Below, one piece after another: positions 1 through 12,681 of a stretch of 64,000 nucleotides of DNA (within the stretch, counting starts at the first letter, position 1; every line of letters begins with the position of its first letter). The notes beneath the pieces were generated by a model that saw only the letters and a list, made by a program, of their open reading frames with translations, did no database searches and was not told the DNA's origin. The translations under genes and the position numbers were made by a program. Source of the stretch: Utricularia gibba (lineage: Eukaryota; Plantae; Magnoliophyta); contig NEEC01000014.1 of the NCBI GenBank assembly GCA_002189035.1, positions 1,302,001 to 1,366,000 on the forward strand. The letters are read 5' to 3'.

Positions 1-1693
1 AGCAGGTAACTTTGTTCTTCCTGTGTCGTGATCTGTGTTTTTGTTTTCTTGTGTGTGGAAAACCCTAATCTAAGAAAACCCTAGTGGATGGACTTGAAAG
101 AAAAACCCTAAACGCAGAGGTGTAAGTGTTTGGTAGGGCTTAAGCGCACCGGGAAGAGCTGCAGATTGCGATGGCTGAACTACCTCCGGCCGGATGTTCG
201 CCGGGGAAACATCACGCCGGAGGAGCAGCATTTGATCATGGAGCTCCATGCCAAGTGGGGAAACAGGTAACACTTATTACAGTTTTTTGCTCGAATATGG
301 TTCGAAATGAGACGTACATGCGTAATACCAACCCTTCACAAAAAGGGACAAGCTCCAAGAATAGCAAGATAGCAGTAAAGCAAGAAAAAAACCATCATAT
401 GCACAACACATGAATATTAACATTAGCCTACCTCTTGCTGTCTCCCCCAAAATAACCTGGTTTTCATCTTCCCTGTAAAACAGTAAATTCTCGCTCTGTA
501 ACTCACCCTAAAGCTCTGATCTTTTGGTCTGAGCAAGAAGGGCGGTTTCGGAATACACAAAAAGTCAAGGGTATCACTAGGAAAATGGAGGAGTATCCAA
601 AGAAATGGGGTTGAGGGGATAGAGTTTTTCTATATCGGGAAGAACCCCTTTGCAAAGAGTCACATGCACAACTCTTCTTTAACTCGAAACAGAAGCCTCC
701 AGTTGCCTCTTTGGTATTATGAACAAGACGTCTGCCTTACTACTTGTCTCTTCGTCTTTCGTAATCACCTACTTAACCTTAATTAATCACTAATAGGATC
801 ACAAACATCTTCACCAAAAAGAAAAAAGAGAAACAAGTACCTTTTCCATTTCCCCTCAGATAAAAGAAACCCCAAGTCTGCAGTTTTCTTTCCCCATATA
901 CAGACACCAGTAAGTACCTGGAAACAGAGTGATTTCCATGGGCAGCTTCGAAAACACTGCACTAATAGCCTTTACCATGAGTCTTAGATGGAAAAAGGGG
1001 CAGGATTAACCTGAGTTGGAAACCGTACTAAACCTGCAAAACCAGCAAAGGATGTGGGAAACTCAATTTTTTTTTTCAGAGAAAGTGGGAAACTGAAAAC
1101 TGGGCATCGGAGAATCGAACTTTGTTGCAGAGAAAAGGAGTAGGGGATTAGATTTTGGAGAACCTGAGTTCCGTATGTGTGTGTTATATATGTGTGTGCA
1201 GATGCCATCGCTGTGGATTTCCAGCCACACCACGTGGTGCTTTCATCCACATTGAAAACGTGCTGAAATGACTTCAATGCAAATACTTTTTCATTTATTT
1301 GTTAGATATAGAGCCCCTGCCTATTATAAATTCCCACCCAGTTGCACTGTGAAGCTGTTGTTCTTGAATTTCTTCGCAAGGTGGTCGAAGATCGCGAAGC
1401 ACCTCCCGGGGAGAACCGACAACGAGATAAAGAACTTCTGGAGGACCCGCATCCAGAAGCACATGAAGCAGGCGGAGCTCACCGGTGCCGCTCTGAATAA
1501 CCAGGCCAGCACCAGCACCCTCTCCGGCGGCGCCCCCGCCGAACTCCCCATCCTGGAGACGTACTCCCCGACGTCCTACACCGGGAGCGTCGGGGCGGCG
1601 TTCCCGGAGGGCCAGTTCCCCATCGACTCCTCGGAGGAGCAGCTCTGGAGCATGGACGATTTCTGGTCCATGAACCTCCTCAACGGGGACTGA
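1..1693 (+). CDS. MYB305-like: R2R3-MYB transcription factor, subgroup 19 (MYB21/MYB24/MYB305/EOBII-like); 5' part lies outside the window
   Basis: Exons <1-5, 137-266 (canonical 130-nt exon 2) and 1381-1693, GT-AG introns. Spliced product reads [27 protein letters not shown]...[32 protein letters not shown]-terminus [15 protein letters not shown] matches the subgroup-19 activation motif. Confidence 0.93.
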
Positions 1694-3549
1694 AAGTACG
1701 GAGAAATGGAGCAAAAGTGTGTTGATTTGGGGGTGAGGAATTTGACTGCCTATGTCCAATGTTGTTTACCTTATCTATTATCTCCTACATACATGAATTT
1801 ACATAATATATTGGACAATAATGTGCATATGGAATGATAAAGTGTGTTTGATCATATACTACTTACTAGGTTTTTCCCCTTTTCTAAATGACTCTTTTTT
1901 AATCATCCTAAAAATAATTTTAAATGGTATTCTGAAAAATTTTTAAAATCTATTTTTACTTTTCAAAAGTAAAAATAGTTTTGTTTTAGAATACTTTTAA
2001 TCATAAAAGTAATTCTATTAAAAACATTTTTAAAATTATAATTATAAAGTAAAGTTATTTTTGGAAAATGAATGAGTTGATTACTATTATTTTTTATTTC
2101 TACGATTTTAAAAATTTTTCATAACACTGTTTTAATCATGCAATTTGGATCGAACCCATGATGTTAAAACATTGATTTGATCATGTCTTTTTGTTGTGTG
2201 GTTGGAGTTTTCTAGCGTGATGTTAGAATTAGGATGCGTGGAACCACCACATGGATGGATGCCAAGAATAATCAAGAGGAAGAAGACGGCACGTGGAAGG
2301 GTGTGGCATGCGAGTATTGGCAAATTCCGCCATTCCCTTTCTGGGTAAACTTCTACTTGTGTACATGAGAGATTGGGGGCCGTGCCTAACTCCGAGCCAC
2401 CCCGTGCCTAACTCCGGACCACTTGCCCATTCTCCCATTCCTCCATACGGAGTATAGTCCTCTTCCTTGTAACCCTAGGTCGGGACTCCAAACGCGTATC
2501 CGACTCTATTTGCTTTCATTTTTTTCAAAAACTATTTTTAGAGAAATGATTCTAATAAAACATAATTTATGTTTCCATAGTTTTTTTAAATTTTTTTTTT
2601 ATTTTTTTGTGTTATCAGAGTAGCCTTAAGCAAATAGTATTATATCGAAAAATTAAAATTAAATGATAAAGTATATAATAAATTATAAATTATTGATTAT
2701 TGATTGAACTTAATCTTTTCTAATATGAATTATGTATTTAAACTTCATATGTAATTTATCGATCCATATAATCTGTAATTTTAACGTTATCTTATTAAAC
2801 TATTGGAGTTGAGCAAGGGATGTGTAAGCAACGTTATTGAATGGATAAAAAAATAATGAAAAAGGTTAGAATGGTGGAAGAATGGGGCCCACATGTGTGT
2901 TATAGCGCACATGTTTGTTGTGGGCTAGAAAAGGGCACGTGAAAGTAACCTAAATCACATGGCCAGGTCGGGAACAAGAATCGATTGATTCCATGAATAT
3001 TTTTGCCCATTTCACGGATGCATCCGAGTGGATCCACTATTGAGCCTGTGTTGCTTTTCGCTGTCGGGTTGAGCTGGGGATGGGGAAGATGATCCATCAT
3101 CTCCATTTCACTTTCAGGATCTGACCAACTGCCTCCGTCACTGTTTCAATACAACCATGGAAAAGCTATACGCCTTTTCAGCCTGCTACAAGAAATTCAA
3201 TGGTGCGTTTTAAGCTCATGTCACCCCAATTGGCTGGCCTTCCTGGATGGGTTTGGGCAGACCAGGCCCAATTTTGAGAGCCCAGGAGGATCTGGAACGA
3301 TCTCATCGAAACGACGTCGTATCGTTGACCTACTGCTTCCTCCACGTTGCCCTGCCCTATTCTTCTCTATTGGGTTTGAGCGAGATGTCTGAGCCAAAAG
3401 CAGGAGAAACCAGGCGGGAACCCGAGGATCGCGCATCCGGAGCAGCGGCTTCTACAATTCTGTAGTGCGTTTCAACAGGTTTTTTTTTTTTAATTAGGTG
3501 AGGAGCTCTCTCACGATCCCTTCTCTGTGTACATCCGAAGAACTGTGCA

Positions 3550-5751
3550 TCATTGTTCACTTTGGTTGCACCGTTCGGTTCTGACCATGAGCTGAACGAG
3601 CCTCGAGTTCGATAACCGAAATCGACGCTGTCTGCTAGAAGATGCGGCGGCGCCGGTCACGCGTTCCATGTCCATGCCGGTCTCCTGGGCCAGTCGACGA
3701 ATCCCGTCCTCGCTCTCGACAACCCTGTCGAAGCAAATGTACCTGCCGGATGCAGATTTCTTCATTCCCTCGAACACGGAAACCTGAGCTTTTGCTAAAC
3801 GGTCGATGTCCACTGTGGCGAGTAGTCCGCGCGGTACATCTCCCCGACTCCCTTGAGGTACGCGATGGTGGCCGTGGGATTCTTGAGGCAGAAATCCCTG
3901 CCGGTGATCAGCCCGGGGCATATCGCCGCTAGCTTCAGTCCAGTTCGCTTGGCGATCTCGAATGCGGCTTTCTCGGCTCGTAGCTTCCCCAGAGCATACC
4001 ACAGCTGCTCACGCATTGAGGACTTTCAACAAACATGTCCCAGGCGTCACAAGGGAAGGAAGCATTCGAATCTGCCTACCTTTTTGTCGATGCAGAGAGA
4101 CTCGTCGCTCCAGCACTTGTGATCAATGAGGCCCGGGGCGTCTCCAAGAGGGCTGTCCTCGTCGCCTTGCCAGATGCACGTCACCAGAGAAGACGTGAGG
4201 ACACAATTCCTAACAGAAGATGACATCCCACACGCCTTCATTACGTTTTCACATGCCTTCACTTCAACATCCACCATGCTTTTCTGCACAAAAAAGAAAC
4301 CATCTACTAAGAATGTCGTCTGAAACCAAATAACTCACTTCCATAAGCGGCAATCATCTAACTAACAGGTATTGATGTTCGAATTTCCTAGGAATGTAAG
4401 AAGATCAGATGGGCATAATGACATCTCTGGGGCGATGGGTTACAGGAAAAGCAAGGAAAGTTTTTTTTAGGCCACCACAGAATCCGGGACCAATCCAATT
4501 CTAAGTGAAATTCATCCTTCACATGAAACATCACCCTCGAGTAGCGAGAGCGTGGACGGCTCACCTGAAAAAGACCTAAACCTGCTCTGTGGCCTACAGT
4601 TAATGCAGATTGTGAAATTTTGCCACTAACACACATGCAGCTACTCCAACTACCAGTCAATGACTCAAGACAAAAAAGGCTACCATCATCAGTGATGAAC
4701 CTCATCCACGCCCGGAATTATAATAAAGTAAATCAGCATTTCATGAACTTATTCAAAGGTGCAGTCAGACATGTAATGCCAGCAGCCACTAGATATTTGT
4801 TATTCGCCCTCCAAATTTCTATTCCCTACACGACCTAGCAGTCGTGTTTGCAGAGAAAATTGACCGGAATGCATACAAGTGTTATTTTCATTTGGATTAT
4901 TTTAATCAACAAATTGACCAGACATACTCATTCTTGTACTTTTTTCTATACAAAAATACCCAGTTGCTTTTTAAAAATGATAAAGATATAAAAAGAGAAT
5001 TGTTGGTAAATGAACCTCGGCATCGGATGCAGATCCGTGGTAAAAACGGCGAAGCGATAAAGTTAAAAACTAGGGCGGGGCCAACATCTACTACCCGTGA
5101 ATTGAATGCGGATTTTAAACACTCACCGTGTAACCGGAGAATCCTGCGGGGTCCACAAAGGCGGCGGTGTGAAAAACGCCGCCGCAGCCTTCGAAAGCCT
5201 CGGCGAGGCCGTCGACGTCGCTAAGCTTCGCCATCGCAACTTCGATTGTGTTGTGTCTGAGTGCCGTCATCTCGCTGGAAACCTCCATTTCTCGTAGTAT
5301 TTCGACGTCTTCTGCGATTCGCAAATTCTTTGACATCAGTTTCAAAGATACACCCGTGGAACCGATTTAATCGATCGAAAATTGAAAACAGAAAGCAGGA
5401 AAGAAAAAATCATAAAAAATGCGCTCCAATTTCCCCTGGATTCAGAGATACGGAGTAGAACCATCCGCCAACCACATCTGTATCGCGTACCTTCGTCATC
5501 GACAATAACGCGAACAGAGTAACCACGCGATAGTAGCTGGTTCACGATGGCAATCCCAAGATACGATACGCCGCTCGTGACGCAAACAAGTCTATCGACG
5601 AGACTATCCGAACCGAACCTCGAAACAACCTTCGGCTTCTCAATAGAATCCCCGCCGTCCTTACGGCGTTGGACGGCAGCGCAAGATAGCACCATCTGGC
5701 GAAACTCCTCCATCTCCGCCCCCGAGACTCCTCCGTCACCAAAATCCCCAT
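3550..5751 (-). CDS. SNL6-like: Cinnamoyl-CoA reductase-like SNL6 (NAD(P)-binding Rossmann fold); two -1 frameshifts in this sequence
   Basis: Exons 5751-5491, 5311-5127, 4283-4080, 4004-3550. Motifs VCVTSGVSYLGIAIVNQLLSRGYSVR, FEGCGGVFHTAAFVDPAGFSGYT, WYALGKLRAEKAA, GRYICFD. Frame breaks at 5719-5723 (G5 on minus) and ~3827-3834. Confidence 0.88.
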
Positions 5752-6796
5752 ACCGGCTCCAAATCAGCGATCCACTCAATAAAGGCTACAGGCCCGCACC
5801 AAAGCTCCTGCCACTGCGCAGTATAAATGGAGCAGCACCCCACTGAAAACGACCCGCCACCTGTCAATCGGCCGGAGCTAACCCCAAATGGCTTAGCAAA
5901 GTAGTTGGCTAATTTAGGACTTCCAATGTTTTTTAGAACACATATTTATTATTTAAAAAAGCCAATAATTTCTAATTTTAAATTCATAACTCAAAAATTA
6001 AATGCTCATTTCGGAAATACTAAATATCCATTTTCACATCAATTTATTCTCTCATTTTATATTCATTTTCCCCCATTAATTAAAATTAACTTAATTACAT
6101 ATTCATTTTGACACAGTATTGGTAGCTGGGGGATCGGTAGGTGGAACGCGCGGACCAAAAAACCGGAGGGCGCACCATCGCCGACGGCCCGACGTGCATG
6201 CTTCCTAATCCGCACGTTTCTTCCAATTAACTCTTTTTTTTTAATGTGTCACAGTAAAATAAAAAAAATTAAATTTTGATAGGATTTCTAATATTTCCAT
6301 ATTTCAAAAATGGGGGGAAAAAGGGATTGGACAGATTTCGCTGCCATGGAGGACAAAGTTGACCCGGTCTGCCTAAGAACAGCCGCTGCGTAATAAATTG
6401 TCTAATTCAACGGCTAGGATTAAAACCTAATTAAAATTCCATTTATTAATTCCCTTGACCCTTCCACGCAGGAGAGTCGAGGGGTGATTTAGGAATGCAC
6501 CAATCCTATAATTTTACGATAATATTAAATTATTATAATTTTATATTTTTCATTTTTATGGAAAATATCTCATAAAATATTATCAGAATACTTTTATTTA
6601 AATACTTCTAATATATCACATTCGTAATCAATATAACATATCATTCAGTTCAAATTTTATATCACATACATTTATATAAAAAAATATATTACAAATGACT
6701 ATATTCCTCACACACATGATATTATATAAAAATATTTAAATAAAAATATTATTTTAAAGTACAGAAATTAACAATCAAAGAAGATTATCACGTAAA

Positions 6797-6866
6797 TGGG
6801 CTTGCAGTCGGGCCGAAGTCCTACATGGGCTTATTCATTCGAAGCCCGGATCATGTGAAACCCTAA
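6797..6866 (+). promoter_or_regulatory. Site II (TGGGCT x2) plus telo-box (AAACCCTAA) promoter signature with no recognisable downstream gene
   Basis: TGGGCT at 6797-6802 and 6826-6831, AAACCCTAA at 6858-6866. This pairing is typical of plant housekeeping, ribosomal-protein and snoRNA promoters. Confidence 0.45.
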
Positions 6867-7936
6867 TGTTTTGGATTTGGGAGTATAAGACCTGCTGGTG
6901 TGCTTTCGTCGTTCATAACCTTTCGGTTGCCGGAGGGAAAACCTTCAATTTTTCTGTTTCAGCATCTTCTATGATTTTCTCTGTTTCAGGAGAGCGTATT
7001 CGCAGAGGAAATTTGAATGGATGCTATAGCGAAATATTTCAAAACGGTTCCACTGGACACGCGGCATTGCTATTTCATTGGTGTTTTTGCGTTTTCTCGT
7101 TGGTACTACATGTTTCATGATGGTGTTGAGATTTTTTCGATGATGATGGATTTGCTTTAACCACTCCAAGGAGAGTTTGTTGGGTTTCGTTCCAATTTGG
7201 TTTTGGGTTTGAGGATGTTTTCGCCGTTCTGATGCTGAACTGCTTTGCGGTGGTTGTACGTGTCTTTTCTCTTTTGAGATTAGATGAAGACCTTGTAAAG
7301 CACAAAGAATTGAATGGTTCGCTTCCTCTCGGTCAAAATCACTGAGGGATTACTAATCATCTCTCCAATGTGGAAAACATTGGCCTTTCCACTGAGAACT
7401 ACTGCATTGGTGATTTAATTTTGGTTGCTCCTTCGGTGCATGATGAATTCCTTGATTTTGGTTTCTTGTTAGAATCGAACTATCTGAGTAACACCTGCTG
7501 GAGGAAAACGGGATATAGTTACTCAGCTCCTGATTTCTCTTGCAAACGCACTCTGTCCCTAAACCGATGACAATGTTTTGTGGCAATTTCTTCGTTTGCT
7601 ATATGAACGAATTTGGATCCAGTTACTCGCCTGTTTGATACTTCATTTCGTGATCTTTTCAGGCGCATGACTGGATTATATTCTCACTCTTTTTAGAACT
7701 CCCTCATCATGCTTTGTTGTTTATGACTAAATGGCAGGAATTTGGGTCCCCTTGGAGAAATCGGTAAGCTTTCAAGAAACTCAGACAAGATATGGCGACC
7801 TCTGATGCTGGAAATTGCATGATCAATAATGAATCCTCAATGCTCAACAATTTGATTGTAGCTTTTGAAGCAAGAGAAAAGCTCTGCTCAGTGTTCTCGC
7901 TGTTATTGTCACAATTGAAAGAATACAAGAACTCAC

Positions 7937-9891
7937 TCAAACAGCAATCTTGTAGCTGGGATTTTCCAGATTATCTATTCCGCTTACCACTTGCACTGAC
8001 TCAATGACATCTCCAACCTTAACATCGGCCAACAGATCTTCGTTTTCGGTGACATATCCAAACACAGCGTAGCGGCCGTCTAATATATTAGCGTTGCTTG
8101 GAGTCAACTCACTCTCCTTCAACAGCCAAAACACCTGGCTTGATGCAGAGTTGTTCTCGAACTCCTGCAGGCCAACCAACAAATATATTTCAGATGATTC
8201 TTGCAATTCCTTGTGCTAAGAGATGTGAATCACCATCATCATTACCTCTCGGGCCATCGCCATTGTCCCGAATGCATTGAAGGGGAGTTTGGTTTGCGAT
8301 TTGTAAAGGCCAAGTTCCTATTCCATGTGGATTGGATCAGTGAAAGGAACATGAAGAAGCTTACTAAATGGTGCACTTACTTCAAGGGTTTCCCCATAGA
8401 AGGGCGCCTTTTCTCCATTCACCATGATCTCAAGAGGCACTATTCTGGTTTTTCCAGTGCTGGGATCCACGAAGCCCTCTGCCGGACCCTCAGGATCTCC
8501 AGTTTGAACGACGAAGCCATCAGCTGGATAAGTGAAGAAGAATAAAGATGGCAATTTCATTCATGTGATCAAATAAGCTGTGGAATTAGCAGTAGGGAGG
8601 AAGACTCTTGCCTCTCTGTATCTCCATGCCATCATAGAAGTGCCTTTCGACTAAATCAATGAAATTTCCGGCCGTTACTGGAGCATTGTAGCCATCCAAA
8701 ACAATGCGGAATACACATTCACTAAAATTTGGGTTGTCCAAGACCTTGACCTTCATGTCCACAGTTGCTCTGCCCTTCAACAATGGCATGGTTTTGAATT
8801 CTTCAGGGACATCGTATGGAAAGCCGTCCACCATATCCTCTTCAACACTGCAATCCAATGCCCCACGAAGATCTCAGCTGCAGGGTTGAAATGAGAAGGA
8901 CTTAACTTGTAGAAGCACTAAATTTCTCATAAATATTGGATTTTTCGGCAACCAGAAGAGTGAGTGGAAGATGCAGGATGCCACGCCTTTCAGCCCATCA
9001 ATACCCAGACCTGGACTTACGCAATCAAAGGCATCAGCATCTGATTACTCACCTTCCGACATAATTCAGCAGTTCCTTCTGCTTAGAAGCAACAGCTTCA
9101 CGGTTTCGATCCTCGACTATTGTCTGAAGCTCTCCCAGCCCAGATTCTAACTTGCTCAGGTTCTCAATCCCATCATCCACTTTGGACTTTGCTAGACCCC
9201 CAACAATCAAACTTCTACCTTCCTTTAGAGCCCTTGATGCCTGCCTAACATTCTGTAACTCCAAACAGAATGGAAACATGAGCATACTGATCAACAGGGC
9301 ACAGAAGAATCTAAGGGGCATCACATTCTGCTTACTCTTTCGACGGAATCGAGGGCTTTGACACCAGCAATCTTTAGGCTTTCTGTAATGTCTTCAAGCG
9401 GCTTCTGAACCACCCTTATGGCCTTATTGTCAATCGGTAAAGCATTCCTCAGTAGTGCTCCAGGGTCTTTGATTGGAGGCCCTGAAATCAACACTGAAAC
9501 ATCCGGTAATGATGGAGCCAAGGAAGCAGCATTTGCCTGATCCAGTGCACCAAAGGCTGGAATCCCAGCCACCAATTCAATCACTAGTGCAAGAGATATC
9601 GCATTCTTCTTGATCAACGATACCCAATCTCTCTGCTTCTGAAACAAGGTTCAAGCTATCAATATCTACGAAAATAAGATCCCCAGTAAATGAAAAGAAG
9701 AAACTCACTTCTTGATCCACAGGCTGAAATGCAGGTGGTTTTTTGGAGCACGGAAGCTTCGCTGTCTGGGAAGAAGTCCTCATGAAAGACGAAATCTTTA
9801 CGCACTTCGATTGATGCTTCGTGGAGGGAACAAGATGGGGTGTGGAAAAATTGGGAAAAGCGTAGTGGTGGCAAGAAGTAATGGCCGCCAT
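7937..9891 (-). CDS. CYP38: Thylakoid lumen cyclophilin CYP38/TLP40
   Basis: Exons 9891-9709, 9638-9336, 9252-9053, 8847-8612, 8523-8381, 8317-8246, 8164-7937. Transit peptide, then [81 protein letters not shown]. Intron 4 has a GC donor (8611-8610). Confidence 0.95.
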
Positions 9892-10384
9892 TGATGAAAA
9901 GCTTGCTTCAGTTGACAAGTTTCAGGAAAACAGGCGAGGCGCTCGATCAAAAAAATTCACGTAAGGATAAGAATGGGTTTTAGGGAAGAAGAAATCCGAA
10001 CGCAGGGTCGCCCTTGTTATGCGATCCGTGGAAGCACAGATTGTGAAGAAGAGCTCAAGGGGTCAACCTCACACTCAGGATAAGACGATTATCCGTACGG
10101 ATCCAACAAAATCCTCGGCCCAATGGGCTTTCGCGAAGGGCAGTCCGACAACTTGGCCCGAACCCATTTCTAAAAAACGCGTGCTTTCTAAAAAAAGAAT
10201 ACCACTCAAAAAAGCGTTTTTGGAATTTCTTTTAACATTTATTTTTTCACTTGCATTAATAAAGAAAATAAATATAAAAAACCTACAAAAACGCGTGTAA
10301 TCATTGTTTGAAAATCATATTTAACTAATTTTCGGATCTATTCATGGTTTTGAATTTGTCACCCTCTCACATAAATCTCTAATA

Positions 10385-10970
10385 TTTTTAAAATTGGCAC
10401 GATTAGTTTCCAATATTTGATAAAAGTGATATAAATAATCCTTCAATGATATATTTAATTCCCAATTTTTTAATCTTCATTATTATAAATATCATTTATA
10501 ATTTATTTTCTCAATATTTACAAACCATATATATTTGATCTCCATTATTTAATAATTTGATAAAAATTGATCCTCATTTTTTCGGTCCCACCACTACCAA
10601 CCGGTCGCAAGGGGTGTGGACCGAGGCAGAGACCGACGGTGTACGGGCGGTGGCAGCGAGGAGCGCAGGTAGTGGGTGGCATGGGTGATACCGACGGTTG
10701 GTGGCGGTGGTCGACGGTGGAATCAGAAAATAGTAAAATTAAATTGAGTAAAAAATTAGGGTTTTATATTGGAGATTGATTTTAGGATTAATGTAAATAT
10801 TGGAAACTATCTTACTTTATTTTGAAATAATAATGATAAGTCTTTGATCGAATATAAAATGTTTGAATCAATTATAAATGATTTTAAAATAATGATGATT
10901 AAAATAATATTTCAATAAACCAATTATGACGTTTATGAAAAGAATTTTGACCATTGGTGCAATCTTGAAT
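10385..10970. mobile_element. Degenerate non-autonomous long-TIR (MULE/foldback-like) element with a GC-rich core
   Basis: 10468-10507 (ttttaatcttcattattataaatatcatttataatttatt) is a near-perfect inverted copy of 10866-10904. Further inverted matches pair caatatttaca...atctcca (~10513-10543) with ~10770-10803. A GC-rich island at ~10585-10730 lies between the arms. Ends and TSD are not resolved. Confidence 0.55.
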
Positions 10971-11093
10971 TGACAAATAATGGACATTTAACAAGATGCC
11001 CAACATATGCTATTTCGTCGGTTGTATCTTTTTGTCTATTAAGGGTCACGTCACATGGCTGCGGTTTGCTCCGGCGCCGGCGACCGGAGGAAG

Positions 11094-12521
11094 ATGGGTG
11101 TGCCTCATATGGTTATTTTTCCTTTCATGGCTAAGGGCCACACGATTCCCCTCCTCCACCTCGCCGCCCACCTCCGGCGCCGGGGGGTTCGGGTTACACT
11201 CATCACCACGCCGGGGAACCACTTGTTTGTCTCTCACTGGATTTCCTCCGGCGTCTGCGAGGAGGGCCATCAAAACTTGGTCTCCATAATCGACATCTCC
11301 TTCCCGGAGGACATCCCCGGAATCCCAAAGGGAATCGAAAGCACTGACGAACTCCCCTCGATGTCTTTGTGGGTTCCGTTTCTAATCGCCACGGAGAAAC
11401 TTCAGCCTGCTTTCGAAGAAGCTCTGGGGAAGATCAATTCCGATGTTTGCTGCCTGATCTCGGATTTGTTTCTCCACTGGTCGGCGCGATCGGCGTCAAA
11501 ATTCGGGATACCGACGGTGGGTTTCAGCGGGATGAGCTGCTACGCCACCACCGTGTCTTACGATTCCATCATAGGCGGCGGTCTGTTTTTACACGATTCC
11601 GACGACGAGCCCTTCTCCCTCACGGCGTTCCCGTGGATTCAGTTGACGAGGAACATCTTCGATTCGCCGTTGAATCAACGGAACCCTAGCGGTCCTCACG
11701 CCGAATTCATTGAAAGGTCGACGGTCGCATGGGAGGAGTGCTACGGCCACGTCGTGAATACGTTCTCTGAGCTTGAGCCGCCGTTCATGGAGTACTTCCG
11801 GAATTTCATCAAGGATAAGTTTTGGGCTGTTGGGCCACTCCGGGTTGCACAAAAGGGCCTGGCTCAAAAGCCCAGATGGATTCTCTGGTTGGATGAAATG
11901 CTGACCCCAAACACCCCTGTTTTGTACATCTCCTTCGGCACTCAGGCGGAAGTATCGGAGAACCAGTTGCGGGAAATTGCCGTTGGGCTTGAGGAATCGA
12001 ATCTGAGTTTTTTGTGGGTGGTCAAGAAAAGTGACAGGGGGATTGTTTCTGGGTTTGAGGAGGAAGTGAAAGGGAGAGGGATGATCGTGAGTGAATGGGT
12101 TGATCAGAAAGAGATTCTTGAACACGAAAGCGTGCAGGGGTTTGTGAGTCATTGTGGGTGGAATTCTGTTTTGGAAGGGATCTCCGCCGGAGTTCCGATA
12201 CTCGCTTGGCCGATTGCGGCAGAACAGTTTCTGAATGCAAAAATGGTGGTGGAGGAGATCAAGGTTGGTCTGCGTCTGGGATGTTCGAATGGGCCGACGG
12301 TGAGAGTATTTGTCACGGCCGGGGAGTTGAGGGACGCGTTGATTGAATTAATGAACGGGGGAAAAGGGAAGAAAGTGAGAGAGAGGGCGAAGGAGCTGGC
12401 TGGCTCCGCCGCAAAGGCGGTGGCCGAGGGTGGCTCGTCGTGGACTGCGTTGGAAAATCTGATAGTCGATACCCAGAAGCGAAAAGAAATCAACTTAGCT
12501 AAAGCTGCTGAGACCCAGTGA
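11094..12521 (+). CDS. UGT90A-like: UDP-glycosyltransferase, UGT90A-like, single exon
   Basis: N-terminal HMVIFPFMAKGHTIPLL and PSPG box WVDQKEILEHESVQGFVSHCGWNSVLEGISAGVPILAWPIAAEQ. An in-frame upstream ATG exists at 11055. Confidence 0.93.
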   Translation: MGVPHMVIFPFMAKGHTIPLLHLAAHLRRRGVRVTLITTPGNHLFVSHWISSGVCEEGHQNLVSIIDISFPEDIPGIPKGIESTDELPSMSLWVPFLIATEKLQPAFEEALGKINSDVCCLISDLFLHWSARSASKFGIPTVGFSGMSCYATTVSYDSIIGGGLFLHDSDDEPFSLTAFPWIQLTRNIFDSPLNQRNPSGPHAEFIERSTVAWEECYGHVVNTFSELEPPFMEYFRNFIKDKFWAVGPLRVAQKGLAQKPRWILWLDEMLTPNTPVLYISFGTQAEVSENQLREIAVGLEESNLSFLWVVKKSDRGIVSGFEEEVKGRGMIVSEWVDQKEILEHESVQGFVSHCGWNSVLEGISAGVPILAWPIAAEQFLNAKMVVEEIKVGLRLGCSNGPTVRVFVTAGELRDALIELMNGGKGKKVRERAKELAGSAAKAVAEGGSSWTALENLIVDTQKRKEINLAKAAETQ

Positions 12522-12681
12522 AGCAATTTCCAATTGATAGCGAAGAGGAAGAACAAAAAAAAGCTTCTTTCATGAATTCGTGTATGCATTTATAATGTAC
12601 AAGGAATGAGAACTGAAAATTGTAATACATATTCATCTGGATACTCGTCAAAAAGGCAGTAAAATTCACCTAGTTCTGCAA

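Noticed and set aside
1405-1426. Possible miR858 site in the MYB R3 region
   Set aside because: About five mismatches, including one at the central cleavage position.
2147-2158. GGTTCGATCC B-box-like motif on the minus strand (tRNA or SINE)
   Set aside because: No A-box at a suitable spacing and no cloverleaf.
2380-2416. Direct repeat CCGTGCCTAACTCCG with a 22-nt period
   Set aside because: Only two copies and no spacer array. It is not CRISPR, and no element boundaries could be defined.
7289-7298. GACCTTGTAA matches part of the TAS3 tasiR-ARF sequence
   Set aside because: Only 10 nt match and no miR390 sites flank it.
7440-7487. C-box (ATGATGA) and D-box (CTGA) pair suggesting a C/D snoRNA; another pair at 7140-7232
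   Set aside because: The first is too short, neither has a terminal stem, and I could not identify a convincing rRNA antisense guide.
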